The notes under the pieces were generated by a model. That model saw only the letters and a program-made list of their open reading frames with translations, did no database searches and had not been told where the DNA came from. Positions 1-9,935 of a stretch of DNA of 64,000 nucleotides are shown here, piece after piece. The stretch is taken from positions 7,236 to 71,235 of the forward strand of contig CAYRJA010000002.1 of assembly GCA_964424455.1 (NCBI GenBank). The letters are read 5' to 3'. Every line of letters starts with the position of its first letter. Within the stretch, counting starts at the first letter, position 1. This stretch comes from an uncultured Bifidobacteriaceae bacterium. Its GTDB lineage: Bacteria; Bacteroidota; Bacteroidia; Chitinophagales; UBA10324. Made by a program: the position numbers and the translations under genes.

Positions 1-195
1 GCGTTTGACTCACTCAGCGGGCTGAGTTTATTTGCAGGGAAAACAGATACCATTATTCAGTCCATCGGGATTAACTATCATTATCGCGCTATCAGCAAAG
101 GAGTGGTGGACACAAGAGATGTGCTGTATTTTTTAAGTCTGATAGTAGTGTTTGTTCTGTTAACTAAAACTTCGATGGAAAGCCGTAAGTGGTAA
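1..195 (+). CDS. gldF: C-terminal fragment of gliding-motility ABC transporter permease (GldF-like); 5' end lies outside the window
   Basis: Frame 1 is open from the window edge to TAA at 193-195. The translated tail ...VVDTRDVLYFLSLIVVFVLLTKTSMESRKW ends in a hydrophobic helix. It stops 1 nt before the gldG-like ORF, matching the conserved gldF-gldG order. Family assigned from memory, not searched. Confidence 0.55.
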   Translation, partial: AFDSLSGLSLFAGKTDTIIQSIGINYHYRAISKGVVDTRDVLYFLSLIVVFVLLTKTSMESRKW

Positions 196-196
196 T

Positions 197-1918
197 ATGA
201 AGACCTCTGTACATAAGAAGAAACCACAAAAACAACAAGCCCTGTTTGGTGTTACAGTATTGATTGCAATAGTGGTGTTGCTGAATGTATTGTCTTCCGC
301 AGTTTTCTACCGTGTTGATTTAACTTCTGATAAGCGTTACACATTATCCGATTCTACCAAACAGATGCTTCGCTCATTGAACGATAAAGTGTTTGTCAAA
401 GTGATGCTTACAGGAAATATGCCTGCTGGATTTAAGCGGCTGAGTACTTCCACCAAAGAATTGCTTAATGATTTTAAAGCGTATGCCGGCTCTAATATCC
501 AGTATGAATTTGAAGATCCGCTTGTAGGAAAATCAAATGAGGAAAAGAACAGGATATACAAAGAGATGAGTGAAAAAGGATTGCAGCCAACTAATGTGCA
601 AAGCGTTGACGGCGATGAATACTCAGAAAAAATAATTATTCCCGGAGCTTTAGTTTATTATCATGGAAGAGAAGTTCCGGTGGATTTATTAGTGAATGAA
701 AAAGGGATAGCATCACAGGAAGCGCTTAACATTTCTGTTTCACAGTTAGAAAATAAATTTGCTTCCGCTATTCAGCAGTTGACTGTAACACGCAAACCTA
801 AAATAACTTTCCTCTATGGGCAGGGAGAATTACAGTCATACTACCTTGCTGACATCCTTCAACCGCTGTTTGATTTTTACGAAGTAGATACTTTAAATCT
901 GTCACATATAGTAAATGTGAAAAATGATGTTAAAGTAATAGTGGTGGCAAAACCTGTTACAGCATTTGATGAAAAAGATAAATTCAAACTGGATCAGTAC
1001 ATCATGCGCGGCGGTAAAATACTATGGCTGCTGGATGCTCTCAATGCCGATATGGATAGCCTAACTCAGAAACCGACGATGCTTGCAGTAGATCTTCCGT
1101 TGAATTTAGAAGACCAATTATTTACTTATGGTGTACGGGTAAATCCTGTATTGCTTCTCGATTTGCAGTGCAATCCGGTTCCGCTGCTCGTTAATAATCC
1201 CGGAGGCAATCAACCTGAGTTCAGATTATTTCCCTGTTACTATTTCCCTGTGCTGGTTCCTGATAGAAATAATATTATCACCAAAAACATAGATGCGGTC
1301 AGCTCTATATTTCCTTCCACTATAGATACTGTAAATGTGGGAGGAGTGAAGAAGACTATTCTTTTACATTCATCTGATTACAGTAAGATTGCTTTTACAC
1401 CCTGGCAAATAGATTTTCGTGAACTGAAAAATAAACCACAGCAGGAAACATTTAACAAGAGGAAACAACCCGTAGCCGTTCTTCTTGAAGGAAGTTTTAC
1501 ATCCGTTTACAGAAACAGATTGGCTCAGGGAATGATTGATATGATGAACGATTCTCTGAAGCAGCCATTTCTTGAACAAAGCAGCACACCATCGAAGATG
1601 ATAGTGATAGCAGATGGAGATATTATAAAGAACGACTTCAGTAAAGGAAAACCTACATCACTCGGCTACTACAAATACACAGGTGAATATTTTAACAACA
1701 AAAATTTTCTGCTCAACTGTATTGATTATCTCTCCGGTCACACGAACCGGATTGAAACACGCTCTAAAACTGTTCAGCTTCGCTTGCTGGATATGCAGAA
1801 GGTGAAGAAAGAAAGACTACAATGGCAATTAATTAACTTGCTATTGCCGGTTGGATTCATCCTTCTTTTTGGATTGATGTTTACTTTTGTCAGAGTGAAA
1901 AAATATTCGGGGCTGTGA
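197..1918 (+). CDS. gldG: gliding-associated ABC transporter auxiliary component GldG
   Basis: 573-aa ORF with an N-terminal TM (ALFGVTVLIAIVVLLNVL) and a C-terminal TM (LINLLLPVGFILLFGLMFTF) around a large periplasmic body. This is the GldG architecture, and it sits directly after the gldF-like tail. Confidence 0.8.
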   Translation: MKTSVHKKKPQKQQALFGVTVLIAIVVLLNVLSSAVFYRVDLTSDKRYTLSDSTKQMLRSLNDKVFVKVMLTGNMPAGFKRLSTSTKELLNDFKAYAGSNIQYEFEDPLVGKSNEEKNRIYKEMSEKGLQPTNVQSVDGDEYSEKIIIPGALVYYHGREVPVDLLVNEKGIASQEALNISVSQLENKFASAIQQLTVTRKPKITFLYGQGELQSYYLADILQPLFDFYEVDTLNLSHIVNVKNDVKVIVVAKPVTAFDEKDKFKLDQYIMRGGKILWLLDALNADMDSLTQKPTMLAVDLPLNLEDQLFTYGVRVNPVLLLDLQCNPVPLLVNNPGGNQPEFRLFPCYYFPVLVPDRNNIITKNIDAVSSIFPSTIDTVNVGGVKKTILLHSSDYSKIAFTPWQIDFRELKNKPQQETFNKRKQPVAVLLEGSFTSVYRNRLAQGMIDMMNDSLKQPFLEQSSTPSKMIVIADGDIIKNDFSKGKPTSLGYYKYTGEYFNNKNFLLNCIDYLSGHTNRIETRSKTVQLRLLDMQKVKKERLQWQLINLLLPVGFILLFGLMFTFVRVKKYSGL

Positions 1919-2910
1919 TTTCAGAAAGAAAATCTTTCATAAATAATATTTTGCATGGTGATGCTTTACAACTCCTCTCGGAAATAAAGAGTAACAGCAT
2001 TGATTTGGTGTTGACCGATCCACCGTATTTTTTGGATAAGATGGATGACGGATGGGATGATAAAAGAGTTTCAAGTAAGAAATATCACCATGTTGTAACA
2101 TCCCTTCCTGCCGGAATGAAGTTCGACAGAGTACAGGGAGAGAATTTTTACAATTGGTACTTCAAAGTTTCACAGGAAATTTTGCGCGTCCTGAAACCGG
2201 GTGGATTCTTTTTTTCCTTTTCAAGCCCTCGTCTGTATCATCGAATGGTTTCTGCGATGGATGATGCGGGGTTTTTGATTCGTGATAGTTTCATCTGGCT
2301 TTACACTCAGAATCAGCCGAAAGCGATGAGCTTAAATCATTTTATTAAAAAGCAGAAAGGAAGTGAAGAAGAAAAGTTAAATCTTCAGAAGAGACTAAGT
2401 GGATGGAAAACACCGCAAATAAAATCCTGCTTTGAACCGATTGCAGTTGCACAGAAAGAAACAGAAGGCACTTTCTTAGAAAATTTTAAAAAGTATCAGA
2501 CGGGCTTGGTTAATACTTCTGTTACAGTCGGAGATGAAATGTTTCCGGCAAATGTTATTTCGACAGATGAAATTAATTCTGTTGTTGACAAATGTTTTCT
2601 CATTGCAAAACCGGACAAGAAGGAGAAAGGTGAATTTAATACGCACCGTACAGTAAAACCGTTAAGCTTATGTGAATACATTATACGGCTAACCACCTTT
2701 TCAGAAGACTCGATAGTTCTCGACCCGTTTGCCGGAAGCGGAACTACATTAGTTGCAGCAAAGAGACTGAACAGAAAATTTATCGGTATGGAAATAAATA
2801 AACAGTATTTAAAGATAATTCAAAAGAGAATCAGCGACATTGCGCCTAAAAGAACTCAGCGTAGCACAAGAGCTAAAATACGCACAATTAAATACAGCAC
2901 CACTCTATAA
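1915..2910 (+). CDS. orphan beta-class DNA methyltransferase (N6-adenine or N4-cytosine)
   Basis: Motif IV LVLTDPPYF lies near the N-terminus and motif I LDPFAGSGTT near the C-terminus, the beta-class order IV then I. The GTG start at 1915 overlaps the gldG TGA (GTGA, 1915-1918). The next in-frame Met falls after DPPY, so the GTG start is required. No endonuclease gene is adjacent. Confidence 0.85.
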   Translation: MISERKSFINNILHGDALQLLSEIKSNSIDLVLTDPPYFLDKMDDGWDDKRVSSKKYHHVVTSLPAGMKFDRVQGENFYNWYFKVSQEILRVLKPGGFFFSFSSPRLYHRMVSAMDDAGFLIRDSFIWLYTQNQPKAMSLNHFIKKQKGSEEEKLNLQKRLSGWKTPQIKSCFEPIAVAQKETEGTFLENFKKYQTGLVNTSVTVGDEMFPANVISTDEINSVVDKCFLIAKPDKKEKGEFNTHRTVKPLSLCEYIIRLTTFSEDSIVLDPFAGSGTTLVAAKRLNRKFIGMEINKQYLKIIQKRISDIAPKRTQRSTRAKIRTIKYSTTL

Positions 2911-2919
2911 AGATCAGTC

Positions 2920-3966
2920 TTGTTCATGAAAAGAAACATTCTCTACCTTCTTCTTCTTGCAATACTTGCAATGGCTGTTTACTATTTTGTAGTAAAGCAG
3001 CAAAACTCTACTCTGGCAGAAGATGAAATGAACTTTGCAGTGGAAGACACTGCTGCCGTCGGTAAAATTCTGATTGCTGATATGAATGGGAAGAAAATTG
3101 CACTGGCAAGAAAACAAGACGGATGGTGGGTGAATGATAAATATCCGGCCCGAAAAGATGCAGTAGAACTTCTGCTTTCAACCATAAGAAATATCAGAAT
3201 AAAATTTCCGGTAGCAGAAGCGGCAAACGATAATGTGGTGAAAGAGCTTGCCACTCAGAATAAGAAGGTTGATATTTTTGACCGGAATGGTAACCTGTTA
3301 CAATCCTATTTTGTCGGAGGATCCACAGCAGATGGCACAGCTAATTATATGAAAACGGAAAAGGGAGAACATCCCTTTGCAGTAGGTATTCCCGGATTTG
3401 CCGGAACTGTAAGCATACGATATATAGTCAACGAAAATGAAATGCGCAGCAGAGATATTTTCAATACGCCACTCAACAGAATTAAAAGTGTAAAAGTGGA
3501 ATACCCTATGAAACCGGATAGCTCATTCATGCTTACTGTTTGGGGTATTGATTCATTTACTGTAACACGACTGAAAGATAATTCTGTATTTGATCATAGA
3601 TCAGTAAACAAAGACAGAGTAGGCACTTACCTTTCTATGTTTCGTTTTATCAATGCAGAAGCTTATGATAATGATAACAAAGGGAAAGACACCATTTTGA
3701 TTCAGAAGCCATTTTGTATTATATCGCTTACCAACAGAAATGAAGAAGTGAAAACGGCTACTTGTTACTATAAGCCTGTTACAGTTACAACGAAACAACA
3801 GTATGACCAGCACGGCAATCCGATGAATTATGATTCAGACCACTATTACGCAACCATCAATGAAGGAAAAGATTTTGTGCTGATTCAGCAATTTCACTTC
3901 GGTCAATTATTTAAAGCAGTAAGTTTCTTCCTAAAAGCTCCGCTTAGTAAGAAGAGAGTCAGATGA
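2920..3966 (+). CDS. DUF4340-like membrane-anchored protein (usual gldG neighbour)
   Basis: 348-aa ORF with an N-terminal anchor (ILYLLLLAILAMAVYYFVV). Its position downstream of gldFG is typical for DUF4340 proteins. Family assigned from memory. Confidence 0.55.
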   Translation: MFMKRNILYLLLLAILAMAVYYFVVKQQNSTLAEDEMNFAVEDTAAVGKILIADMNGKKIALARKQDGWWVNDKYPARKDAVELLLSTIRNIRIKFPVAEAANDNVVKELATQNKKVDIFDRNGNLLQSYFVGGSTADGTANYMKTEKGEHPFAVGIPGFAGTVSIRYIVNENEMRSRDIFNTPLNRIKSVKVEYPMKPDSSFMLTVWGIDSFTVTRLKDNSVFDHRSVNKDRVGTYLSMFRFINAEAYDNDNKGKDTILIQKPFCIISLTNRNEEVKTATCYYKPVTVTTKQQYDQHGNPMNYDSDHYYATINEGKDFVLIQQFHFGQLFKAVSFFLKAPLSKKRVR

Positions 3967-4051
3967 GAAATTAATTAAGTCGGAAACAGAACTCTTAATC
4001 TTCGTAACTAATTATAGGTAAGTTCCTTTTCTTTGAGGATAGTAACTGAAT

Positions 4052-4636
4052 ATGAAATATATTTTCGCTCTCTTTGTTTTTATTCTCCCGGTTCAATCAT
4101 TCAGTCAGAATGCAGACATTAATCTGCTTCATTCCATTAATAGTAACAGCTCTCCTTTTCTTGATAACACCTTTAAAACTGTTAATACGACTGCTTATCC
4201 GATAAGCTTTGCTGTGCCGGTAGGAGTTATTGCTGTTGGATTTATTGGAAAAGACAAGAAAATAAAAATTAACGGATGTGAGACTGCTGCTTCATTAGTG
4301 ATTGCGTCAGGCGTTGCATATATGTTGAAGTATTCTGTAAATCGTGAGCGACCGTTTGTGACTTATCCGTTTATTGTTCAAAAAACAGATGCAGGAAGTT
4401 CTTCATTTCCCTCCGGTCATACTACCACAGCATTTGCAGCAGCTACTTCTCTGAGTTTAAATTATCCTAAGTGGTATGTGATTGTACCGTCGTATTTGTG
4501 GGCAGGCTCGGTAGCATATTCACGTATGTATCTCGGAGTTCATTATCCTACGGATATACTGGGTGGAATGTTAATCGGCACTGGAAGTTCGCTGCTGGTA
4601 CATGAGATAAAGAAGAAGTTAGAGAAGAAAAAATAA
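4052..4636 (+). CDS. PAP2-family phosphatase (membrane)
   Basis: All three PAP2 motifs are present: KYSVNRERP, SFPSGHT and SRMYLGVHYPTD. It has a signal peptide and TM segments. Confidence 0.8.
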   Translation: MKYIFALFVFILPVQSFSQNADINLLHSINSNSSPFLDNTFKTVNTTAYPISFAVPVGVIAVGFIGKDKKIKINGCETAASLVIASGVAYMLKYSVNRERPFVTYPFIVQKTDAGSSSFPSGHTTTAFAAATSLSLNYPKWYVIVPSYLWAGSVAYSRMYLGVHYPTDILGGMLIGTGSSLLVHEIKKKLEKKK

Positions 4637-4740
4637 TCGTCTTCGTATTGATGAGTTATAACGATTCCGCTTTAAGTGTATTCAACTTGTAACAAAATAA
4701 AATTTATTAAGTAAAAGTCGGCCTAATAGTAAAATTGCCT

Positions 4741-5148
4741 ATGAAGGGAAGCCGTTACATAATTATAGATGATGATGATATTTCGATTGAACTAACTACA
4801 ATGACTATAAAGAGTTCGGTTAACAATCCCACTATTAATACTTTTAAAAATGCAAAAGAGGCATTAGATTTTTTGTCAGGTGAATTTTCAAATCAGATTA
4901 ACTATAACACGATTATCCTGCTAGACCTTGATATGCCGGAAGTAAACGGCTGGAGTTTTTTAGATTCTTACGACAAGTTGAATAACAAAATTAAAGACCG
5001 TATAAAAATCATTATCGTTTCCGGATATGATAATGTAGAGAACAGAAAAAGAGCGTATCAAAACCGATATGTATGTGAGTTTATTGCTAAGAAAGATTTA
5101 TATCATAATTTCTATTTCCGTATTTCAAGACATCTTAGTGCAGCTTAG
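4741..5148 (+). CDS. stand-alone response-regulator receiver domain protein
   Basis: CheY-like pattern: acidic pocket IIIDDDD, phospho-acceptor context IILLDLDMPEVNG, and later IIIVSG. There is no output domain. I took the ATG at 4741; the ORF track begins at TTG 4735. Confidence 0.7.
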   Translation: MKGSRYIIIDDDDISIELTTMTIKSSVNNPTINTFKNAKEALDFLSGEFSNQINYNTIILLDLDMPEVNGWSFLDSYDKLNNKIKDRIKIIIVSGYDNVENRKRAYQNRYVCEFIAKKDLYHNFYFRISRHLSAA

Positions 5149-5165
5149 TTTGCAAGCTACTTGCT

Positions 5166-5193
5166 AAAATCTTACCGGTTAAGTAAGATTTTT
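5166..5193 (+). terminator. candidate intrinsic terminator after the receiver gene
   Basis: Perfect 10-bp stem AAAATCTTAC (5166-5175) / GTAAGATTTT (5183-5192), with a 7-nt loop and a run of T at 5189-5193. The stem is AT-rich, so this is tentative. Confidence 0.4.
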
Positions 5194-5410
5194 CATAACT
5201 ATTTACAGCAGAATCTAATATAAGACTAATAGCATATTCACCGATGTAACCATAAGATTACAACGGTATCAAAATATCCCTCTGAACAGTATTGTTGTTT
5301 AGATTGAATAAAGCGGTTCAAAAAGTTGTATTTAAGATTATATAGGATAAATTTGAAGCTTAATTCAATTCAGTTACACTTTGACATTTCTTTCAAGTAC
5401 ACCTTCAAGC

Positions 5411-8410
5411 ATGAAAACCGGAATTTCGTTTTTAACAATTCTGATTTTACTGTCATCTTACTCACTGAAAGCACATGACACAGGAAGCTATCAGTTAGCT
5501 TTTAAGGAAAATAAAAACCAATGGAATCCGGTGGTAAAGTTTTCAGGTCAGGTACCCGGAGGAACCATTTTTTTAGAGCAGCAGGGATTTACATACCGCC
5601 TACTAAACGGTGATGATTTAAAGGACATTCATCCTTATCCAAAGGGAGAAACAAGGGTTGTTCATGGTCATGTTTACAAGGTTGACTTTCTTGGCTCCAA
5701 TGCTTCTGCAACTCTTTCAACCGAAGGGAAGTCTGCATTCTATTGTAATTATTTTATAGGTAACGATGTTTCAAAGTGGGCTTCGGATGTGCATGAATAC
5801 CAAAAGGTGACTTACCAGAATCTTTATCCGAATATTGATATGAGTGTGTATGGAAAGGACTTCACACTGAAATACGATTTGATAGTTCATCCGCATGGTA
5901 AAGCTGAAGCTATTCAGTTCCGTTACAGAGGAATGGATAATATCTATCTGAAAGACGGTAATCTGATAATTGAAACATCAGTGGGTAAAGTAGTCGAGGT
6001 TAAGCCTTACGCCTATCAAATTGTTAATGGAACACAAAAAGAAGTTGTATGCAACTACAAGTTAGAGAATGATGTACTGTCATTTGAATTTCCCAAAGGG
6101 TACAAGAAGAGCGCTGATTTAATTATTGATCCTACTCTGATTTTCTCCACCTATACCGGTTCCTCAGCAGATGAATTTGGCTTTACAGCTACTTACGATA
6201 ATGAAGGCAATATGTATCTCGGCGGATTGGTTAATGGGAATTTGGGGCAGTATCCTGTTTCACCGGGTGCCTTTCAGCAAACATTTGGCGGCGGCTCCAC
6301 TGCTGATGGAATAGCTTATCCCTGTGATATATCCATAATGAAATTAAGCAGCGACGGGAAAAACAGAATTTATGCTACCTATTTAGGAGGCAGCAATAAT
6401 GAAACACCACATAGTCTGATAGTTAATTCACTCGGGCAACTTTGTATTTACGGCAGAACCTACTCTCCTAATTTCCCTACTACAGCCAATGCTTACCGCA
6501 AAACTCAGTATGGAGGCGCTGACATTACTGTTACAATACTCAGCGCTGATGGCTCATCACTTATTGGTTCTACCTACATCGGCGGCAGTCTGGCTGATGG
6601 GGTGAACTATGACCCGACGGAAAGTGGTCTTGGTAATCTGAAATACAATTATGCAGATGATGCAAGAGGCGAAATAATCACTGACAGAGATAACAATATT
6701 TATGTAGCAAGTTGTACTAATTCATCCGATTTCCCTATTACTAATGGAGCATATCAGTCAATAATTGGCGGAGAACAGGATGGATGCGTTTTCAAATTAA
6801 GTCCCGATGCCTCATCGCTTATCTTTTCAACCTATATTGGAGGCAGTAATGATGACGCTGCTTATTCAATGGATTTAAAACCGGACAGATCAGTGTATGT
6901 AGCCGGCGGAACCATGAGTTCAAATTTTCCTTCAGCTAACAATGGAGTTAACAAAAATTATCTCGGAGGAACTTTTGACGGATTTCTTGCTCATCTGAGC
7001 GCTGATGGAACTACCTTGCTCCATTCTACATTTGTAGGAACATCGGCTGATGACCAGACTTATTTTGTAAAACTGGATTTAAGTGAAAATGTTTATGTGG
7101 TTGGTCAATCCCTGGGGACATATCCTGTTATCAATGCTCAGTATTCAGTTCCAAAAAGCGGACAATATATTACTAAATATAATCCCCAATTAAGTTCAAT
7201 TATTTATTCTACTGTATTTGGAAATGGCAACGGGAAAGACAATATCTCACCTACCGCTTTTCTTGTGGATACTTGTGAGAATGTTTATGTATGCGGATGG
7301 GGGAATAATAAGTTGTTCCAGTTCATACACACTACGGATATGACCAATATGCCGCTTACAGACGATGCATATCAGAAAACAACAGATGGAACCGATTTCT
7401 ACATTTTTGTAATGCGAAAAGATGCCGAGTCGCTGTTATATGGAAGTTATTTTGGTGGAAGTGGAGCTATTGAACATGTAGATGGAGGTACCAGCCGGTT
7501 TGACCGGAAAGGAATCATTTATGAAGCTATATGTGCGGGCTGCGGCGGAAATTCATTAACACCTACCACGCCCGGTGTCTGGTCAAATACAAATAATAGC
7601 CCGAATTGTAATGCACTTGGATTTAAAATGCAGTTGAACCGAATCATAACACGGATTAAAGACACTACTTATTACGGCTGCTCACCGCTTACTATTACTT
7701 TTCAGAACCTATCTGTGGATGCCGATTCTGTTTATTGGTATTTTGACGACGGCACTCATTCCAATGAAATTAATCCAACACATACTTTTACTGAAGCTCG
7801 CACTTACCACATTTATCTTGCAGGAGTAAATCACGCTACATGCAATGTATATGATACCGCCAAAGCAGTTATAAAAGTTATTGCTCAACCTTCCAAACCT
7901 GATTTTACCATCTCACCCGCCAATCCGTTTGTGAAAGGCACTGTTGAATTTCAGAATCAAACAACCAGCGGCAGCACCTGGTTATGGGTGGTGGACAGTG
8001 TTGCTATTTCACATGACCGCGATGCCACCCAGATTTATGACACCAGCGGCATACATCAGGTTTGCCTGTATGTAAATAAATCGGAAATGTGTCCCGATTC
8101 TGTTTGTAAAACTTTCAGAGTGGAAAGTAAGCCGGCAATAGACGTTCCCAATGCTTTTTCGCCTAATGACGACGGTCGCAATGATATCTTTTTTGTAAGA
8201 GGTATTGGTGTGGCTCAACTCAATTTAAAGATCTTTAACCGCTGGGGGCAAAAGGTTTTTGAAACTACCGACATCAATATTGGTTGGGATGGACAATATA
8301 AAGGTGTACCGCAGGAAATGGATGTTTATGCATGGGAATTAAATGCGACATTAGATGATTTAAACCAAACGAAAGTGGTACGCAATGGTAATGTTACACT
8401 CATAAGATAA
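5411..8410 (+). CDS. large secreted beta-propeller/PKD-repeat protein with T9SS type-B (gliding motility-associated) C-terminal domain
   Basis: Signal peptide from ATG 5411 (MKTGISFLTILILLSS). Repeated STYIGGS.DD/ GG...D motifs look like SBBP-like propeller repeats. The C-terminus IDVPNAFSPNDDGRNDIFFVRG...IFNRWGQKVFE...WDG matches the type-B sorting domain pattern. The track start at 5381 (TTG) was trimmed. Confidence 0.75.
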   Translation: MKTGISFLTILILLSSYSLKAHDTGSYQLAFKENKNQWNPVVKFSGQVPGGTIFLEQQGFTYRLLNGDDLKDIHPYPKGETRVVHGHVYKVDFLGSNASATLSTEGKSAFYCNYFIGNDVSKWASDVHEYQKVTYQNLYPNIDMSVYGKDFTLKYDLIVHPHGKAEAIQFRYRGMDNIYLKDGNLIIETSVGKVVEVKPYAYQIVNGTQKEVVCNYKLENDVLSFEFPKGYKKSADLIIDPTLIFSTYTGSSADEFGFTATYDNEGNMYLGGLVNGNLGQYPVSPGAFQQTFGGGSTADGIAYPCDISIMKLSSDGKNRIYATYLGGSNNETPHSLIVNSLGQLCIYGRTYSPNFPTTANAYRKTQYGGADITVTILSADGSSLIGSTYIGGSLADGVNYDPTESGLGNLKYNYADDARGEIITDRDNNIYVASCTNSSDFPITNGAYQSIIGGEQDGCVFKLSPDASSLIFSTYIGGSNDDAAYSMDLKPDRSVYVAGGTMSSNFPSANNGVNKNYLGGTFDGFLAHLSADGTTLLHSTFVGTSADDQTYFVKLDLSENVYVVGQSLGTYPVINAQYSVPKSGQYITKYNPQLSSIIYSTVFGNGNGKDNISPTAFLVDTCENVYVCGWGNNKLFQFIHTTDMTNMPLTDDAYQKTTDGTDFYIFVMRKDAESLLYGSYFGGSGAIEHVDGGTSRFDRKGIIYEAICAGCGGNSLTPTTPGVWSNTNNSPNCNALGFKMQLNRIITRIKDTTYYGCSPLTITFQNLSVDADSVYWYFDDGTHSNEINPTHTFTEARTYHIYLAGVNHATCNVYDTAKAVIKVIAQPSKPDFTISPANPFVKGTVEFQNQTTSGSTWLWVVDSVAISHDRDATQIYDTSGIHQVCLYVNKSEMCPDSVCKTFRVESKPAIDVPNAFSPNDDGRNDIFFVRGIGVAQLNLKIFNRWGQKVFETTDINIGWDGQYKGVPQEMDVYAWELNATLDDLNQTKVVRNGNVTLIR

Positions 8411-8415
8411 CAGAC

Positions 8416-9435
8416 ATGAAAACTTTTCTTAACACACTGCTCTGGCTTCTGGCTGTTACAGTTTCTGCTTCGGCACAGGATATTCATTTCTCTCAGTTCT
8501 TCGCTTCACCACTTACCATTAACCCTGCCAATACCGGATTTTTTGACGGTGACTACCGGATTGGAGCTAATTATCGGGAGCAATGGGCCAGTGTACCTGT
8601 TCCTTACAAAACATTTGCAGCTTATGGCGATTTGGGATTGATGAAAGGATCATTTAAAAAGTATTTTGTAGGTGCGGGCTTATCCATTGCCAGCGACAGG
8701 GCAGGCGACGGCAACCTTGGTGTTACAAAAATTATGGCATCCGGAGCATTTCACTATGCGTTGGATGTTAACCGGCTTAATTATATCTCGGTGGGCTTAC
8801 AGGCAGGATGGGTGCAAAAGCGGCTTGACTGGAGCAATCTCTATTTTGATGAGCAATGGTCTGATTTGGAATTTAATAAAGACTTGCCGAGTGGTGAAAC
8901 AGGTTACAAATCCGGATTCGGTCAGCCCGATGTTCAATTAGGAGCTAATTATACATTTGGCGCTTCTAAGTATTTTTCATTCTATGTTTCGGCGGCTGCA
9001 TTTCACATTATTAAACCGAAAGATTCTTTCTATGGACAGGACAATCATTTAGGCATTCGCCCGGTAGCAAGTGCGGGAGCTACCATCAGAGCATCAGAAA
9101 AACTTAATCTCTATCCATCTGTATATTATACTTCGCAGAAGAAAGCATCGGAGTTTATGGCAGGCAGTTTACTTAGTTATGATTTCATGGGTAACAGCAG
9201 TGTGGATCATAGTAAGTTTTATCTTGGTGCATTTGTCCGTGCGAAAGATGCGTGGTATCCTGTTGTAGGTTATGAATACCACAACATACGGGCATTATTC
9301 AATTATGACATTAACACTTCGGAAATGAAACCGGCAACCGGCGGGTACGGTGCATGGGAAGTATCCATTGTTTACATCGGCAATATCTTCCAGAAACTTC
9401 CGCAGATTATTGATATACCTTGTCCAAGATTCTAA
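8416..9435 (+). CDS. PorP/SprF-family T9SS membrane protein
   Basis: Signal peptide followed by QDIHFSQFFASPLTINPANTGFFDGDYR, the signature N-terminus of PorP/SprF proteins. It has beta-barrel-like alternation and ends in an aromatic residue (F). It starts 5 nt after the type-B cargo gene. Confidence 0.85.
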   Translation: MKTFLNTLLWLLAVTVSASAQDIHFSQFFASPLTINPANTGFFDGDYRIGANYREQWASVPVPYKTFAAYGDLGLMKGSFKKYFVGAGLSIASDRAGDGNLGVTKIMASGAFHYALDVNRLNYISVGLQAGWVQKRLDWSNLYFDEQWSDLEFNKDLPSGETGYKSGFGQPDVQLGANYTFGASKYFSFYVSAAAFHIIKPKDSFYGQDNHLGIRPVASAGATIRASEKLNLYPSVYYTSQKKASEFMAGSLLSYDFMGNSSVDHSKFYLGAFVRAKDAWYPVVGYEYHNIRALFNYDINTSEMKPATGGYGAWEVSIVYIGNIFQKLPQIIDIPCPRF

Positions 9436-9485
9436 TCTGAAATACTCTGTGTATTTCTTTTGTCACTCTTAAAATTTATAAAATA

Positions 9486-9887
9486 GTGCAACGGTGTTTT
9501 GTAATAGTTTTACTGTTTCTGATTTCCTGTAACACAAAGACAGAAAACAATTCGTCAGATAATAATCCGCTGAGTAAGGTACAGTTAAAAATGACTAAGC
9601 AGCAGGTAATTGATATCGCAGGAAAGCCGACACAACAAGATGATTATGGCACTATAAATAATATTGATACTATAACATCTGCTAATTCAGAAAAAATAGC
9701 CGTAACTTATTCTAATCACTTTGAGAAATGGAGCTATGGACAGAATATGGAAATTATGTTCACTAACGATTTGGTCAGCGGCATTGATACTAATATAGTA
9801 ATGACACAGCAGCGAATTCAGCGTAGGATAGATTCAGCACGTCAAGTAGAGCGGCAGATACAGGAACAACTGTCGCGGCAGAAATAA
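9486..9887 (+). CDS. small lipoprotein, unknown function
   Basis: GTG start. Lipobox-like VLLFLISC. The C-terminal part is Gln/Arg-rich and helical. I recognise no family. Confidence 0.4.
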   Translation: MQRCFVIVLLFLISCNTKTENNSSDNNPLSKVQLKMTKQQVIDIAGKPTQQDDYGTINNIDTITSANSEKIAVTYSNHFEKWSYGQNMEIMFTNDLVSGIDTNIVMTQQRIQRRIDSARQVERQIQEQLSRQK

Positions 9888-9935
9888 TAATCCGGAGAAA
9901 ACAGATTTCCGTTTTGTTATACCGGCAGCAGTCTG

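Noticed and set aside
5381-5410. N-terminal extensions given by the ORF track: 5381, 13716, 18866, 28512, 54813 and 60490.
   Set aside because: These use TTG/GTG or upstream codons that overlap neighbouring genes or precede an obvious signal peptide or conserved N-terminus. I trimmed them to 5411, 13752, 18836, 28566, 55014 (or 54942) and 60541.
8672-9268. Two same-strand ORFs (89 and 65 aa) nested out of frame in the PorP/SprF gene.
   Set aside because: These are alternative frames of a well-supported gene, with no independent evidence.
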